Positions 63,881-64,000 of a stretch of DNA of 64,000 bases are shown here, piece after piece (within the stretch, counting starts at the first letter, position 1; every line of letters starts with the position of its first letter). A model generated the notes under the pieces. The model searched no databases and had not been told where the DNA came from. It saw only the letters and a list, made by a program, of their open reading frames with translations. The stretch is from Octopus bimaculoides (taxonomy: Eukaryota): positions 72,686,536 through 72,750,535 of the forward strand of contig NC_068989.1 in the NCBI RefSeq assembly GCF_001194135.2, given 5' to 3'. The position numbers and the translations under genes were made by a program.

Positions 63881-63985
63881 TATTGGATTGGTGCATAATT
63901 ATTGCGGCTTTTTTCAACAAATTTTATTCAACAAAAACAATAACATTATTTTGCAAAAGCATTTTTAAATGACGGTATATGTATC
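63881..63985 (+). mobile_element. Mariner left terminus
   Basis: TA-TTGGATTGGTGCATAATTATTGCGG closely resembles the Hsmar1/MADE1-type TIR TTAGGTTGGTGCAAAAGTAATTGCGG. Confidence 0.6.
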
Positions 63986-64000
63986 AATATATATATATAT

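Overview
Eukaryotic, AT-rich, microsatellite-dense draft genomic DNA with about 18 assembly gaps, most bordered by (TA)n. The repeat families resemble those of an octopus (coleoid cephalopod) genome; this is inference from repeat content, not a database match. No intact protein-coding gene, rRNA, true tRNA gene or CRISPR array is visible. Most entries in the ORF track are microsatellite read-through or N-spanning artefacts. Recognisable content: (1) three families of tRNA-derived SINEs in many copies; (2) a decayed Ty3/Gypsy LTR retrotransposon (about 16.1-19.3 kb, +) fused tail-to-tail to the 5' half of an L1/Tx1-clade LINE (about 19.3-22.5 kb, -); (3) three CR1-type LINE 3' fragments and one RTE-type fragment; (4) a Tc1 transposase relic, mariner MITEs, two hAT-type MITEs with 8-bp TSDs, and a piggyBac-like MITE; (5) three minimal type I hammerhead ribozyme motifs plus one partial motif, of the kind carried by Penelope-like elements. 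One full motif and the partial one sit at the apex of near-perfect 85-88 bp fold-backs. Also notable is a ~400-bp short retroposon with no tRNA head that shares a 3' tail with one SINE family and is inserted into that SINE's tail. A few isolated splice-bounded open segments could be exons of a long-intron host gene, but none can be assigned to a protein.
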